A stretch of 64,000 nucleotides of DNA, taken from positions 83,142,001 through 83,206,000 of the forward strand of contig NC_043006.1 of assembly GCF_006345805.1 (NCBI RefSeq). Direction: 5' to 3'. Shown here in pieces: positions 1 through 13,036 of the stretch; position 1 is the stretch's first letter, and the number at the start of each line of letters is the position of its first letter. This DNA comes from Octopus sinensis (lineage: Eukaryota). Made by a program: the position numbers and the translations under genes. The notes below the pieces were generated by a model. The model had not been told where the DNA came from. It ran no database searches and saw nothing but the letters and a program-made list of their open reading frames with translations.

Positions 1-370
1 CTAAGCCTAAACATATTATCGCAATAAGTTTTCCTTTAAATTCGAACCATCAAAAAGTTGCGGTGACAATACTAAATCGTGTGTGAACGTGGAGGAATTA
101 GGTGTGAGCATAAATACCAGGGCATGACATTAAACATTCTTCCTGGTTGGTTAAATATATGTGATAACATGAAAAGACGAAATTTTAACGTAACATTTAC
201 AAAGAAAACAAATTATATGTGTTATTATTTTGTTTGTCCACGATAAGTGTTTGAACTACTGCACATTAAAGAACCTCAACTGTGGAAATAGACAAGGTGA
301 TCGATGCCTTTTTTCGTTACGTAATGAAACAAATTCGAGAGTGAGTTAAAAAAATAAAATAAATTATAAT

Positions 371-985
371 TAGGATCTCTTCTGTTTGGCTCCCAGATTA
401 ATTTTTTTAACTTTTTACTAAACATTTTGAAACTGGTGTAATTTTGGTGTATCAAACTAAACAGTTTGATACTGGTGTAATTTTTCGTGCTGAACACGGT
501 TTGCTGTCAACATTTTTGACAAAATTTCGTATGTTAGAAGTTATCTCATGTTGAAGTTGTCGTATTTGGATAATTTTAACCAATCAACAACGTGTATTCA
601 GCTGAAGTAAACCTACTGCTGTATGCGATAGTAATCTAAGAGCAACAGCTTCTGGGTCATCTCTACTAAATGTATTTTTTAACTACACCGAATAATCCAC
701 ACGTAGTTGAAAAATACATTTAGTAGAGATGACCCGGAAGTTGCTGCTCTTCGATTACAATCGAAAACTGCAGTAGGTTTCTCCAACTGAATACACGTCG
801 TTGACTGGTTAAAATTACCCTCATACGACAACTTTAACACGAAATAACTTCTAACATACGAAATTTTGTCCAAATCGTTGAAAGTGAACCGTGTTCAACG
901 TGAGAAATTACACCAGTATAAGAAGTTTCAAACTGTTTAGTTAACAAAGAAAATTTTTTATCTGTAAGCCAAACTGAAGACATCC

Positions 986-987
<2 letters not shown>
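371..987. mobile_element. Fold-back (palindromic) MITE, about 620 bp
   Basis: Left end TAGGATCTCTTCTGTTTGGC (371) mirrors right end GCCAAACTGAAGACATCCTA (987). Inner arms GGGTCATCTCTACTAAATGTATTTTT and AAAAATACATTTAGTAGAGATGACCC flank a 16-nt loop at 687-702. No coding capacity. Confidence 0.8.

Positions 988-1064
<77 letters not shown>
988..1064. repeat. (ATT)n microsatellite
   Basis: Read directly from the sequence. Confidence 0.97.
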
Positions 1065-1065
<1 letters not shown>

Positions 1066-1067
<2 letters not shown>

Positions 1068-1280
1068 CGGTGAGCTGGCAGAATCGTTAGCACACGTGGC
1101 AAAATGCTTGGCAGCATTTCGTCCGTCTTTATGTTTTGAGTTCAAATTCCGCCGAGGTCGGCTTTACCTCCCATCCGTTCAAGATCGATTAAATAAGTAC
1201 CAGTTGAGCACTGGGGTCGATGTAATTGACTTAACCCCTTTTCCGAAATCGCTGGCCTTGTGCCAAAATTTGAAACTACT
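1066..1280 (+). mobile_element. tRNA-derived SINE, family A
   Basis: A-box-like GAGCTGGCAGAATCG, B-box-like GAGTTCAAATTCC, central GATTAAATAAGTACCAGTTG. Related copies at about 1870, 12350, 42520, 48912, 52690 (-) and 63590. Confidence 0.8.
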
Positions 1281-1287
1281 ACTATTA

Positions 1288-1850
1288 TTCAGTGAGAGAG
1301 CACAGTGCATGTCATTAAAGTGACTCTGAGGTAAAACCTACGAATCCCAAGATACCCATCATGACTACCCGTCTGATAAGGTTACACCAGACACATGCAT
1401 CACAACCATGTGCGCGACATGGTGATCTCATATCAAGATAAGCAGTGCATGACCTTGCAGATGGGGGCCATGTTCGAATTTTTTTTATCTCGAGTAGCCC
1501 ATCCTATTCAAGAAGTCCCTGAATAAGGTTTGTTTAAGGATCCAAGTTTCCAGAGGTGAATTATCCAAAGCCCCAAAGAATCCCTCTCAAAACATGGCTA
1601 TGATGCCCTCCCACTATATCTACTCGTGATCAGAAATGCTCAATTGGTTAAGGTCAAACAACTGACAAGCAAATCTGAGGTATTCAGTAGAATATTTGCT
1701 GTAGCTCATCTTTTATACCAAGACAAAACAATGCACATGATAACACTTCCAAGCCACGAGAACCACTGCTTGGTACTGTAACAGGGCATACTGACAAGCA
1801 AATCTGTGGTATTGAACAGAATATTTGCTGTAACCCATCTTCTACATGAT
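1288..1850 (-). mobile_element. Interspersed repeat, probable 3' region of a (TAA)n-tailed non-LTR retrotransposon
   Basis: Aligns by eye with 13037-13553 (GTGAGAGAGCA...ATGGTGATCT...ATCAAGATAA...GAGTAGCCCATCC). Both copies abut a TAA/TTA tract at the same end. Confidence 0.6.
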
Positions 1851-1926
1851 CACATTGTTGTTGTTGAGGTCGTCGAGCTGGCAGAATTGTTAGCACGCCG
1901 GGCAAAATGCTTAGCGGCATTTCGTC

Positions 1927-1968
<42 letters not shown>

Positions 1969-2254
1969 TAGTAGTAGTAGTAGTAGTAGAACAATAGTAA
2001 GAGGAGAAGGAGGAAATCTATTTCCTGTTTAGCTCAGTTAACATCGCAAAATCTATCTCCCTTATTCATTGTTTTTATACTCTACATCGACGTCTAACAG
2101 TCTATATACCAATTGATCTGCCAATCTGTATCTTCATTTCTCTATCTCTCTGACTGCTTAATTTTCTGTCTGACTGTTTGTCAGCTTATTTATATATCTA
2201 TCGATCTATCTAGATACCTATCTAACTACGTACCACTGTGTATATATATATATA

Positions 2255-2358
2255 TCACCGTGATCACCGTGACCGACTAGGCTATCAGATGTTGCTACAC
2301 ATCGCTGGTCACAAAGCGCTTTGCATTGTTTTAGCCTTAGAATGACGCCACCCCGCCA
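2255..2358. repeat. Short (TA)n-embedded interspersed repeat
   Basis: GTGACCGAC...ACACATCGCTGGTCACA...GAATGACGCCACCCCGC recurs at 20979-21097. Both copies start at a (TA)n tract. Confidence 0.8.
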
Positions 2359-2377
2359 GACAGAAAATTAAGCAGTC

Positions 2378-2428
<51 letters not shown>

Positions 2429-2552
2429 AGCGATAATGGTGTCATTGAAACCCAAAAGTGTCAGGTAATGCTGAATAATTGCTATAGACAGACCATAGTT
2501 AAGTTCCAGATTCGGTAATTTTGCGAATAAGGGGTTCTATGTCAGCGTGTGT

Positions 2553-2674
2553 ATTTTTTGCATAATAAGATTAAAAACCCAAGGCTGTGTAGATATTAGA
2601 GCATTTATAGATATCTATAAATTCTCTAATATCTACACAGCCTTGGTTTTTTTTTATCTTATTACGCAAAAAAT
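2553..2674. repeat. Near-perfect palindrome, about 120 bp
   Basis: CCAAGGCTGTGTAGATATTAGAG and CTCTAATATCTACACAGCCTTGG mirrored about GATATC at 2610-2615. Confidence 0.9.
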
Positions 2675-2678
2675 TCTA

Positions 2679-2715
<37 letters not shown>

Positions 2716-3219
2716 ACCAGCCAGCGACTGCTGCTTTGCCTTTTCGCATCCACCAGTCGTTGTAGCAACACGTATTTGTTTGTCTCCTGTGGCCTAAAGG
2801 CACTCTTCCACTAGCCAGCCCCAAACTCAACTCGTCCTGTCGAAAGACCCTTGTCCTGACGTCCTGGTTTTGTTTTTATCCTTACCATTATTGTTTTTAC
2901 GTATTTGTATTCTTATTCGTGCTTTCTTTATTGTTTTTACGTATTTTTGTATTTTTATTCGTGTACATCGTCCGTTTTCCGTCCTTGTGTTGTATACATT
3001 CGAGGCTTTCTTCCAAGGGATCTAATGCGCTTGGCTTAGATTTCCCTTGCGGGCTGCCCAGATCGGAGCAATCTCAAGATTAATCAGCCGAAATTGCGAA
3101 GATGATCCGGTTCTTGACTGATGATTGAGGGCTTCGAATGTCCCGTCCTGTGTTCTTGTGTCGTCTTCTAGGTGTTTCACGTTCTTGTCCCAGTTTGTAT
3201 ATATTTTTTTTACTTTTAC

Positions 3220-3295
<76 letters not shown>

Positions 3296-3710
3296 CTGTT
3301 GTGCGGCTACTCACATGAAATCTTTTACCAATTTTTTGTATTTATTGCTATTTGCATTGCTATTTGCTTTTCCCTTTAATACTAGTTTCCAGGTACGTAA
3401 GCAATTTCAAAACGAAAAGATAAAATTCAATAATGTGTGCGCGTGCGTGAGAGAGACAGAGACAGACAGACATACAGACAGAAATAGTATATAAACTTGC
3501 ATATATTTATGCAAGTGTTTGTGTGTGTGTATATACGTGTCGATGTACATGTATGCATATATATGTATGTATACACGCATACACACACATGCACACACAC
3601 ATGCGCGTGCACACACACACACACACACATAGATAAGCAACTTCGTGAAAAATGTTCTTCAAATTTCACACTATTTCGAAGTAGGATATCGTGCGTGTGT
3701 GTATGAATAT

Positions 3711-3813
<103 letters not shown>

Positions 3814-4999
3814 TGCCTGTCTGTATGTATGTATGTGTATGTAATTATGTATGTATGTATGTATGTATGTATGTATGTATGTATGTATGTATGTATGTAT
3901 GTATGTATGCATGTATATGCATACATATACGAACACCCATGTACATATACAAATAAATCGTGAGAAATTTCAATGATGTCATTTTCATTGTAGCGAAGTT
4001 TTAATCATGTGATGAAAGGCTGCGAGATAAGTGACGTGATTTAGGAGATTTAGAAATGACTAACTCATCCAATCTCTCAGTAACGGATTGATTGCCTGTC
4101 TGCCTGTCTGGCTGCTGGAAGTGCGTGAGGCTTGTTAGGCTAAACTGTAGGCAAAACGAATCGAGGTTTAGTTTCTATTCTTTGTAATTTGTTTTATTTG
4201 TATGTTATTATAATTTTCTCTTTTTGTACTTTGACAGTGGTGACAGACAAAATGTCAAATCACCCTCAACCTCTAAAATTAAAAGACAACATTTTTTTTT
4301 TTGAAAAAAAATAATAATATACATTAAAAAAAAAAGAGAAAAATGAAAAACAGAAAACTATGATGACCTTCAGAACTGGAGCCAAAACAACGTCCTGCCA
4401 AATGAAAAAAGTGACTGGAAAAGCAACCGAAACGGAACTAATTACCAAAGAAAGAGAGGTGCTGGTTGTAATAGGATTGGTTTCATAGTTGGAATAAACA
4501 GAACGATATGTTGACTGTTAGAGCAGAGGACGAAAAACATATATAAACCAAATTATATATGAATTCTTTTCGAACGGCAATAAGAGAAACTGTGAAATAA
4601 CTAATCTGCGAATGCATATATTCATACGAATGTACTTACGTAGTAATTCCATTTGGGTGTTACCCATGGAGTTTACCCTATTAAGCTCACACACGGGGTC
4701 AAACTGTCGGATAGACATTCGGTGATTGATTGTTTTATGATTGTATATATTATTGCATAATGTAATATATTCAAGAGATCGAATTCAGATGAAACAATTG
4801 TAAATTAATGTAATTAAGACATACTCCATTCTTGTAGTTTACACACACACACACAAACACACACACACGCGCGCGCGCGCGCGCATGCATGCATATTTAC
4901 ATACATACATGCATATATACATGCATACACACACACACATACATATATGTATAAATACATGCATGCATACTTATATGCATACATATACATGCATATACA

Positions 5000-5052
<53 letters not shown>

Positions 5053-5106
5053 CGTTCATAAACTCTCTCAAAAGTGCCCACGAACCATTCAGCCCTTACG
5101 TTTGAT

Positions 5107-5541
5107 CTAGGGTGATACGGTTGCTATAGTTTTATGTTCTAATGTGAACATCTCGCAGAATCCTTTAAACTCCCATGATACAAACTGTGTTCCGTTATCA
5201 AAGACAATTATATCCGGTACGCCAAATCTTGCGAACAGCTCGTGTAAAAAGTTTATTACTGTACATGAGGTTGATCGTTTACACCTCGCAACCTCGGGCA
5301 ATTTTGTGTAGCTGTCCCCTACTATTAAGTAATAATATCCATTTACTGGGTCTGCAAAATCGATATGCAATTGGAACCATGGTATTTTCACTTCTGGCCA
5401 AGTTTCGCATTTTTGAGCGTACATTAATACACCATCACATATAGAGTACACGTTCTTGACGGTTCTTTGCATCAGACCTTTATTTCCTTTTGTCGAGCAG
5501 TTTCCTTTTTGTTTCATTAATAAATTTGTCATTTTTCGCAT
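5107..5541 (-). pseudogene. Gypsy integrase core fragment
   Basis: PWFQLHIDFADPVNGYYYLIVGDSYTK...LFARFGVPDIIVFDNGTQFVSWEFKGFC matches the rve integrase motif pattern. Confidence 0.92.
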
Positions 5542-5688
5542 TTCTTTTTATTTCTTCCAAAATTACTGGTAGTTCACACACAATGTTCCACATGGCTTTT
5601 TCTTTGTTTCTGTTCATCGACCTCGTTCGATCGTTTGGCTGCTCCGTTTACGCCATCGCACAAAGCGTTTATGGGTGTATCCCATAAA

Positions 5689-6030
5689 TCAAATTTCTCC
5701 ATACATTCGATGCCAAATAAATACATAAATTTTTTTCAACACATAAACATTCACTTTTTTGGTTCGACATTTGAACATTATATTACAAACGTGTTCGCCA
5801 GAGAAACATAATTTTCTTCCCGTAGCACCGTACGATATTTTGCTTGAACTACATAATTTTGGTTTACCCATTTGTTCCCATGTTTTCTCATTTATGATTG
5901 TGATACCACTTCCTGTGTCTAATTGTTTTCTGACACTAATGTTTTCAATTTTCACATTCATGAATTTTTTGTTTGTTGTAGTCACAACTTTTCCTGCTGA
6001 CAAATTATTTATTTTTTCTTGTTTGCTCAT
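5689..6030 (-). pseudogene. Gypsy aspartic protease fragment
   Basis: MNVKIENISVRKQLDTGSGITIINEKTWEQMGKPKL; DTG active site. Confidence 0.88.
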
Positions 6031-6935
6031 TTTAGGTTTGCAGTGTGATTTTATATGTCCTGTAAATCCTCAGCCAAAACGCTTTGCTTTTTTATGCGGA
6101 CAATCTTTTTTCAGGTGCATCCCACCACATGCAATGCATGAGTCTGCATCCCGATATTTTTTCTATTTTTCCTGCAACATTTTTTTGTCTTCCGACTTAC
6201 TTGCACTGGCCTTATGTGGAAACATTCTTTCCGTTGAATTCCTTCCGTGTTATGCCTTAATTTTAATATCCTATCACACTCTTCCAACAGTTTCTGCAAT
6301 ATCAAATCCTGGTTCATTTCCAGTTTTGATAGAATTTCCATTTCGGATTTCTCCATCCCATCCATCTGTTTATCCTTGTGCAAAAATCTGGAGTAAGCAT
6401 ATCTAGCCTAAATCTCTTGCATTCTTTGTTGACTCTGCCTGAGTAAGTAGTGAAGTCTTCCTCTTCGCTCTTTTCTATGTTTAAACTTTTCCATCTAGTA
6501 TTAAACAGTCAGCTCTTTTCGCTAAATATTTTACACAAAATGTCAACTGTGTCGGTGAAAATTATGTCAGACACTTATTTTGTCAATATGAAGTTACTAT
6601 GCTTCTCAAGCTTTCTTAGAACTAGACGCGTTTTCATTTCGTACCTCCAATCCTGTCGTGCTTTTTCAAAAGTTTGTTGCAATATTCGAAAGCAAGCCTC
6701 GAAGGTTACTTCTTTTTTTGAGGTCATATATGAATTCCCTTATGGAAATTGCTACATGGTCAGGTGAAATTGTATTCTCCGGTTTAGTTATCAGCTTCAT
6801 TGGTTGCAGCATTTGCTGTTGCAATCCTTGTTGTTGTTCCCGTTGTTCCTTGAGTTGTTGTTGTTGTCTTCCATATTTTACAATTTTCGTAAGTTTGCAC
6901 AGCAAGATTTTTTGTCGAATTATATAATTCCCCAC
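6031..6935 (-). pseudogene. Gypsy gag remnant
   Basis: Gln-rich N-terminus, and CMACGGMH / GHIKSHC zinc-knuckle remnants near 6040-6140, spread over broken frames. Confidence 0.7.
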
Positions 6936-7000
6936 GTGAATTAGTTTAAACTCTGTGTGAATGTTTTATTTTTTTTCACTCCGTGTTTATTCTTCGTCAC

Positions 7001-7392
7001 TGTTGTAAAACGGTCTTTTGCCACTGTTTTATCTGTCTTTTGACGACGGTTGTCACTCTGACAGATATTATATTCCGGAGTCGTCGATAGAATGTTTCTA
7101 TCTGGCACTGTATGAACCCCAATCGTACAGTGTTATTATCAACAAAAGGTTGACTCGTTATAAAGTCCACTCAGTATCACAGTATAATTACTATATCAGC
7201 ACAGACACGACTACCAACACAGTCTACACGTACTCTCAACTTTCCCGACCTTCTGTCTGTCGACCGGCTACTGGCCTATTTATAATGGCTGGTTACTACC
7301 ACTTTTTACTGGGAGGAGTGTACAGTTTCACTATACAACACATGTTTTACTATGAAACTGTAAATAAATAAACCTCTACTTTACGTACAACA
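7001..7392 (-). repeat. 5' LTR of the Gypsy element
   Basis: Bounded by inverted TGTTGTA...TACAACA. Followed on the minus strand by GTGACGAAGA (PBS-like) and then gag. Confidence 0.75.
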
Positions 7393-8327
7393 TATAACCC
7401 CTCATAACTTTTTCTTATTTTTTTGAATTTCAGAACATTTTTGCGAATTTGTATTCTACACTTAGGAATTCATACAATTATGCAAAAGTAACGACAATAA
7501 TTGGGGGATGTGTGATTTAAGGCATATTTGGCTGTTATTTTTAGCACATTTTAGCAGCAGAAAACAGGATGGACGCACATGCCTTCGCGTAGAATATATT
7601 TATCACAGACAAAAGAGTTCTCATATTTGGCTTGTTACTATGAAAACAAACGTGAATGTGTCTGTGGCTTACGGTTGGCTAAAATTACCCAAAATTTTCA
7701 AACTTTAAAAGCTTATAACTCTTTATGGATTTATTGTGGAAATGAATTTCAAATCAGTGATTAGAATATAAAACCATATTATTACACCGAATATGAAACT
7801 AATTCGAGTAAGAATTGAAGGGATTGAGAAATGGCTGCCAAACTGAAAAGATCCATCGGATCAATTGGAACCTTCGTCACCGTAGCCAACGGAGTGCCAG
7901 CTTTTTCTTCTTTTTTTTAATATATAAATTACAAAGGCAGTAAACAAAAACCGAGCAGTAGTTGATAGCAACTCTGAAAGAGAGAATTAAGAGTAATTAC
8001 TTGATGACTTAACGTGAAGGGAGAGTAAGATAAGCTGGATTTTCTCTTGCAGACAAGTGACATTTCCAAGCATTTTTCTATTTCACTAGGTGTTATAAAT
8101 ACAGTTAGCATAATGTGTGTTTGGACGCTTGAGAAAGAAAGAAAGAAAGAAAGAAAAAGAAAGAAGGAATGTGTGTACATACGAACGTGCATCTGCATAA
8201 TTTCATTTTATTGTGCTTTCTCAATATTTCGAAAGATGATATTTTTGAAGAAGCTTTGCCATGGCTATCAGCTTCAAACGAAAGTTGTATTTATGTATAT
8301 ATATTTCTTCGTAAGAAATATTTTCAT

Positions 8328-8460
8328 TAGCTTAGTGATTAGAGCGTTCGGCTCACTATCACAAAGCCATGGATCCGATTCATGCACAGGCGACGCACTG
8401 CGTCCTTGAGCAAGGGATATCATTTCACGTTGATCTATTTTGCTCAACTAAAATTGGACA
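8328..8460 (+). mobile_element. Degenerate SINE, family D
   Basis: CTTAGTGATTAGAGCGTTCGGCTCAC...GTCCTTGAGCAAG resembles 61648-61760. Confidence 0.55.
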
Positions 8461-8830
8461 CCAGCCAACTGCTGGCGCAACCCTCGTTCCTACTACTTGT
8501 CACATCCCCGATATTCTGCCGGATCAAGGAGTGACGGTCGAGAGGCTGTTTGTGTCAGCTAGCGGCTACACAAGCCCCTCAAACAGTTAGCGAAATCATG
8601 ATACAAGGAACCATAAGTTTGCGATTGACAGCTCCGCTAAAAAGCCACTGAAAGTTACAGAGAGTTAAAATACCGATACTGGTTGTCAAGCGGTTGCGTG
8701 GAAGAACGAACACACACACACACACACACACACATACGTACCTATACATATGTATGTATGTATGTATATATGTATGTATGTATGCATGTATGTATATATG
8801 TATGTAAGTATATATATATATGTATATATA

Positions 8831-8932
8831 TATAGTATAGAACAATCAGTAAGTTGTCATAATAGGACTCAGATACCGGTATTTGAAACTGTGAGTCCTA
8901 TAATGACAACTTACATTATTGTCCTATACTAT
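8831..8932. repeat. Hairpin / inverted repeat beside (TA)n
   Basis: GTAAGTTGTCATAATAGGACTCA and TGAGTCCTATAATGACAACTTAC, with outer TATAGTATAG / CTATACTATA. Confidence 0.85.
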
Positions 8933-8986
8933 ACATATATAATTCCTCTATTTACCTAATATCGAGGTCTCATTCTTTTGTTGCCA

Positions 8987-9077
<91 letters not shown>

Positions 9078-9107
9078 ATATATATATATATCCTTGTGTT
9101 TATATAT

Positions 9108-9151
<44 letters not shown>

Positions 9152-9154
<3 letters not shown>

Positions 9155-9296
9155 TTGTTTATTTTCTGTGTCCCTTTCTGTAGAAGAGCGTAGGCTCGAA
9201 ACGTAAAAGACTTTTTCTATTCCTGAGCGTTATACTAATACATCTGTTTGTTTTGTACACCACCTGTCTTTGACTTTTGTTTTTTTCGTAAACTCT

Positions 9297-9300
<4 letters not shown>
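9152..9300 (+). mobile_element. Probable Penelope-like pseudo-LTR fragment with a minimal hammerhead-like motif
   Basis: Flanked by (TA)n. Contains CTTT-CTGTAGAA-GAGC GTAG GCTC-GAAA-CG-TA-AAAG. Second copy on the minus strand at about 49768-49905. Confidence 0.6.
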
Positions 9301-9357
<57 letters not shown>

Positions 9358-9361
<4 letters not shown>

Positions 9362-9480
9362 CTTCTTCGCAGTTTCCGACTCCCAAATTCACTCACAAAG
9401 AATTCGCAGGGTTAGAGTTACACTGTGGGACTGAACCCGAAACTACTTGGTTGTAAAGCAAAATTCTTAACCAGACAGAC
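9358..9480 (-). mobile_element. SINE family B head, degenerate
   Basis: CAGTTTCCGAC...CCAAATTCACTCACAAAG...GGGACTGAACCC matches the reverse complement of the family B head. Confidence 0.65.
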
Positions 9481-10588
9481 ATTTTATGTTCATCATGAGT
9501 TGATATTGGCTTTCAAATAGGATATGCCATCTTACATGGTATAACTGGGAAGTTTTTATCAGCTATCGTATGCATTGCGCTTATGACTGGGACGCAACAT
9601 TTTGCGAGATCTTATATATGATATTTATACGTACAACAGGAATGTATTGAGGGTATCAGTATGCTCTTTTAAATACTATATTGTACTGTATCTTTGTTGG
9701 ATAAGCATTGTTAGTCAATGAAGAAGAGCTACAGCAATTAATATATGACTAAGTATTCATCATTACTCAATATTCATACTTATATTGAAAGCAATATGTG
9801 ATAGCAGTGTTTTGCATTTCATTCCTAGGCGTGTTATACTTCATTTCTGAGGTGGGGAATATATATTTAGACGAAAAGTTGACCGTTTGCTGAGTTGTTG
9901 GTGCCTTCGAAATACAGTATTTAGAGGACGCGGAAAAGGAAGTGTCTAAAATATGAAGAACTTAGGGAATCGGATGAGGCGTGATGATGGTAATGTACGG
10001 TGCTTAGTGTAGAGGTGGAGGTCATGAGGTTTTAATCACAGATCTACTATGAGCAACCTGATTATCGTTGGAATCAGGAAGAACATCGAGCAGTGATTCG
10101 TGAATCGGATAAGGAAGCAGGATGTGTTTTAATCCTTAGTGAAAAAAAATGGCATAGCTGCAGTAGGGTTGAAGTGGGTACAGATGCACCCAACTTCTTT
10201 TTGTTGTTGATTATACGACTACATGTATGCGTGTGTGTGTTGTGTTTGTGTGTGTGTGCGTGCGTGTGCAAAATTATTCATATATATTATATGACTCTAT
10301 ACATACATTTATAGAAATTGGTCTTTGAATGTCAATCTGTTTCTGTGTCACTGTGTCTCTGCGTCACCTTTCCAACAACTTCCACTTTGTTCTATACATC
10401 CTTGCATTCTCAGTCCTTCCCAATCCTCTCCCTTTAATTCATACATACATACATACATACATACATACATACATACATACATGCACACATACACATACTC
10501 ATACATACGTTTTCTGTTGCCGTTCACATCGAAATATTCCAAATTTTTCTAGTAATATTCCCACCCTACCCTAATCATTTCATGTTTC

Positions 10589-10625
<37 letters not shown>

Positions 10626-10626
10626 T

Positions 10627-10692
<66 letters not shown>

Positions 10693-10711
10693 GCAGATAG
10701 ATAGACAGACA

Positions 10712-10760
<49 letters not shown>

Positions 10761-10779
10761 TAGATAGACAGATAGATAG

Positions 10780-10810
<31 letters not shown>

Positions 10811-11499
10811 GATAGATAGATAGATAGATTGATTGATAGATAGATAGATAGATAGATAGATCCAACTCTCATGTACAAATACACAGACACACGCACATAT
10901 AATCTTTCCACAAATTCTTTCCCCCTCTCTTTCTCCCACTCTCTCTATCTTTGTTTCTCTTCCGTTTGTTATTTGCTTCCTTCTCAACAACCAAAAATAC
11001 ACAAGAAGCTAATGTTATTAACAGTATAGTGGTATATTAGCTGTTATCAGCAGAACAAAGAAACCACAATTGCACCATAATCTATTTACGTCCCTTTATG
11101 CTCCAACTTAAAATGACGCTGAAGTAGATTTTGCACTTCATACAATTTCATTAATATATTTACCAGTCAACTACTGGTGACGATGTTGTACTCGATTGTT
11201 CCTTCTAAGCAAAATATACGAATATATGGTTATTTTGAAGACATTTTGTGTTGCTAGTCGAAACACCGCCTTCCCAGCGGCTTTGTCCAAGTTTACGAAA
11301 GTATAACGTCCTTTCTCGTATTATTTCGTTTTATATATTGTTCAATATATTCTTTTCTAACTTTAAAATGAAGAACGAAATTTCTAGAACAGTAAAATAT
11401 GGAAACGAAAACGAAAAATGTTTGAAAAATGACTTCGAAAGATTTCTGAAAAAAATAGATTAAAATATATATTGAAATTTTTTAAAATCACTTGAGAAA

Positions 11500-12340
<841 letters not shown>

Positions 12341-12349
12341 AGGAATAAG

Positions 12350-12560
12350 ACGGTGAGCTGGCGGAATTGTTAGCAGGCTGGGCAAAATGCTTAGCGGCAT
12401 TGCATCTGCCTGCACGTTCTGAGTTCAAATTCCACCGAGATTAACTTTGCCTTTCATTCTTCGGCGTCAAAAAAAATATATACCAGTTGAGTCCTGAGGT
12501 CGATGTAATCGACTATATGCCTCCTCCAAATTTCAGGCCTTGTACCTATTATATACAAGA
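12350..12560 (+). mobile_element. SINE family A
   Basis: CGGTGAGCTGGCGGAATTGTTAGC...GAGTTCAAATTCC...TACCAGTTGAG, followed by a (TTA)/(GTA) tail. Confidence 0.8.
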
Positions 12561-12579
12561 TTGTTATTATTATTATTAT

Positions 12580-12629
<50 letters not shown>

Positions 12630-12632
12630 ATA

Positions 12633-12990
12633 TTCAGTTGCTTTATTTTTATAGCGTGCTTTCACTTCACTACCGAGCGCAGCTCTGTATGCCTTGGGTA
12701 TGTGCTGCGGTTTGCTGTGATGCTCTGATGGTTACTGTATTACTATTTGTTAAAAACTCACTATATTTTGCTGGGTATGATGGAAAGTGTCATCTGTCCA
12801 CAGCCAGCAGACTAAGGTGACACTTGAATACTAGTCATGATTCAAGAACTCTGCGAAGAATTTTTGCAGTTCCAAGCAATGCTGATTTCTGTAGATGCTC
12901 CACCTTCACACTTGCACCAATCATTTTTAGCCATGTTGGTAGCTGAGTGCTGATAATTCGAAGGTACACACTTACTCTTGGTATCACGTC
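12633..12990 (-). mobile_element. 3' end of an R4/Dong-like non-LTR retrotransposon, 5' truncated
   Basis: The minus-strand C-terminus WLKMIGASVKVEHLQKSALLGTAKILRRVLES* fits the QKxxLLGTxxILRxVL terminus of R4/Dong-clade ORFs. A 3' UTR then runs into TAA/TAC repeats. Confidence 0.75.
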
Positions 12991-13036
12991 TTGATTGTTG
13001 TTGTTGTTGTTATTATCATTATTATTAATAATAATA

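Larger units (their letters stand above)
5075..7392 (-). mobile_element. Ty3/Gypsy LTR retrotransposon, internally deleted (RT/RNase H missing) and 3' truncated
   Basis: On the minus strand the order is LTR, PBS-like motif, gag with zinc knuckles, protease (LDTGS), then integrase core (HIDF, FGVP, DNGTQF). Many stops and frameshifts. Confidence 0.9.

Noticed and set aside
3112-3150. CTGATGA...CGAAT resembling a hammerhead core within the 2714-3215 insert
   Set aside because: No convincing stems I-III, and GAAA is absent.
3990-4520. Possible LTR + PBS (TGGTGACAG) or an exon after TTTGACAG
   Set aside because: No second LTR, no recognisable gag motif, and no clear donor.
5759-6406. 215-aa plus-strand ORF
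   Set aside because: Antisense shadow of Gypsy gag/protease.
10042-10200. Open frame IYYEQPDYRWNQEEHRAVIRE after TCACAG
   Set aside because: No clear donor or recognisable domain; the frame runs into a microsatellite.
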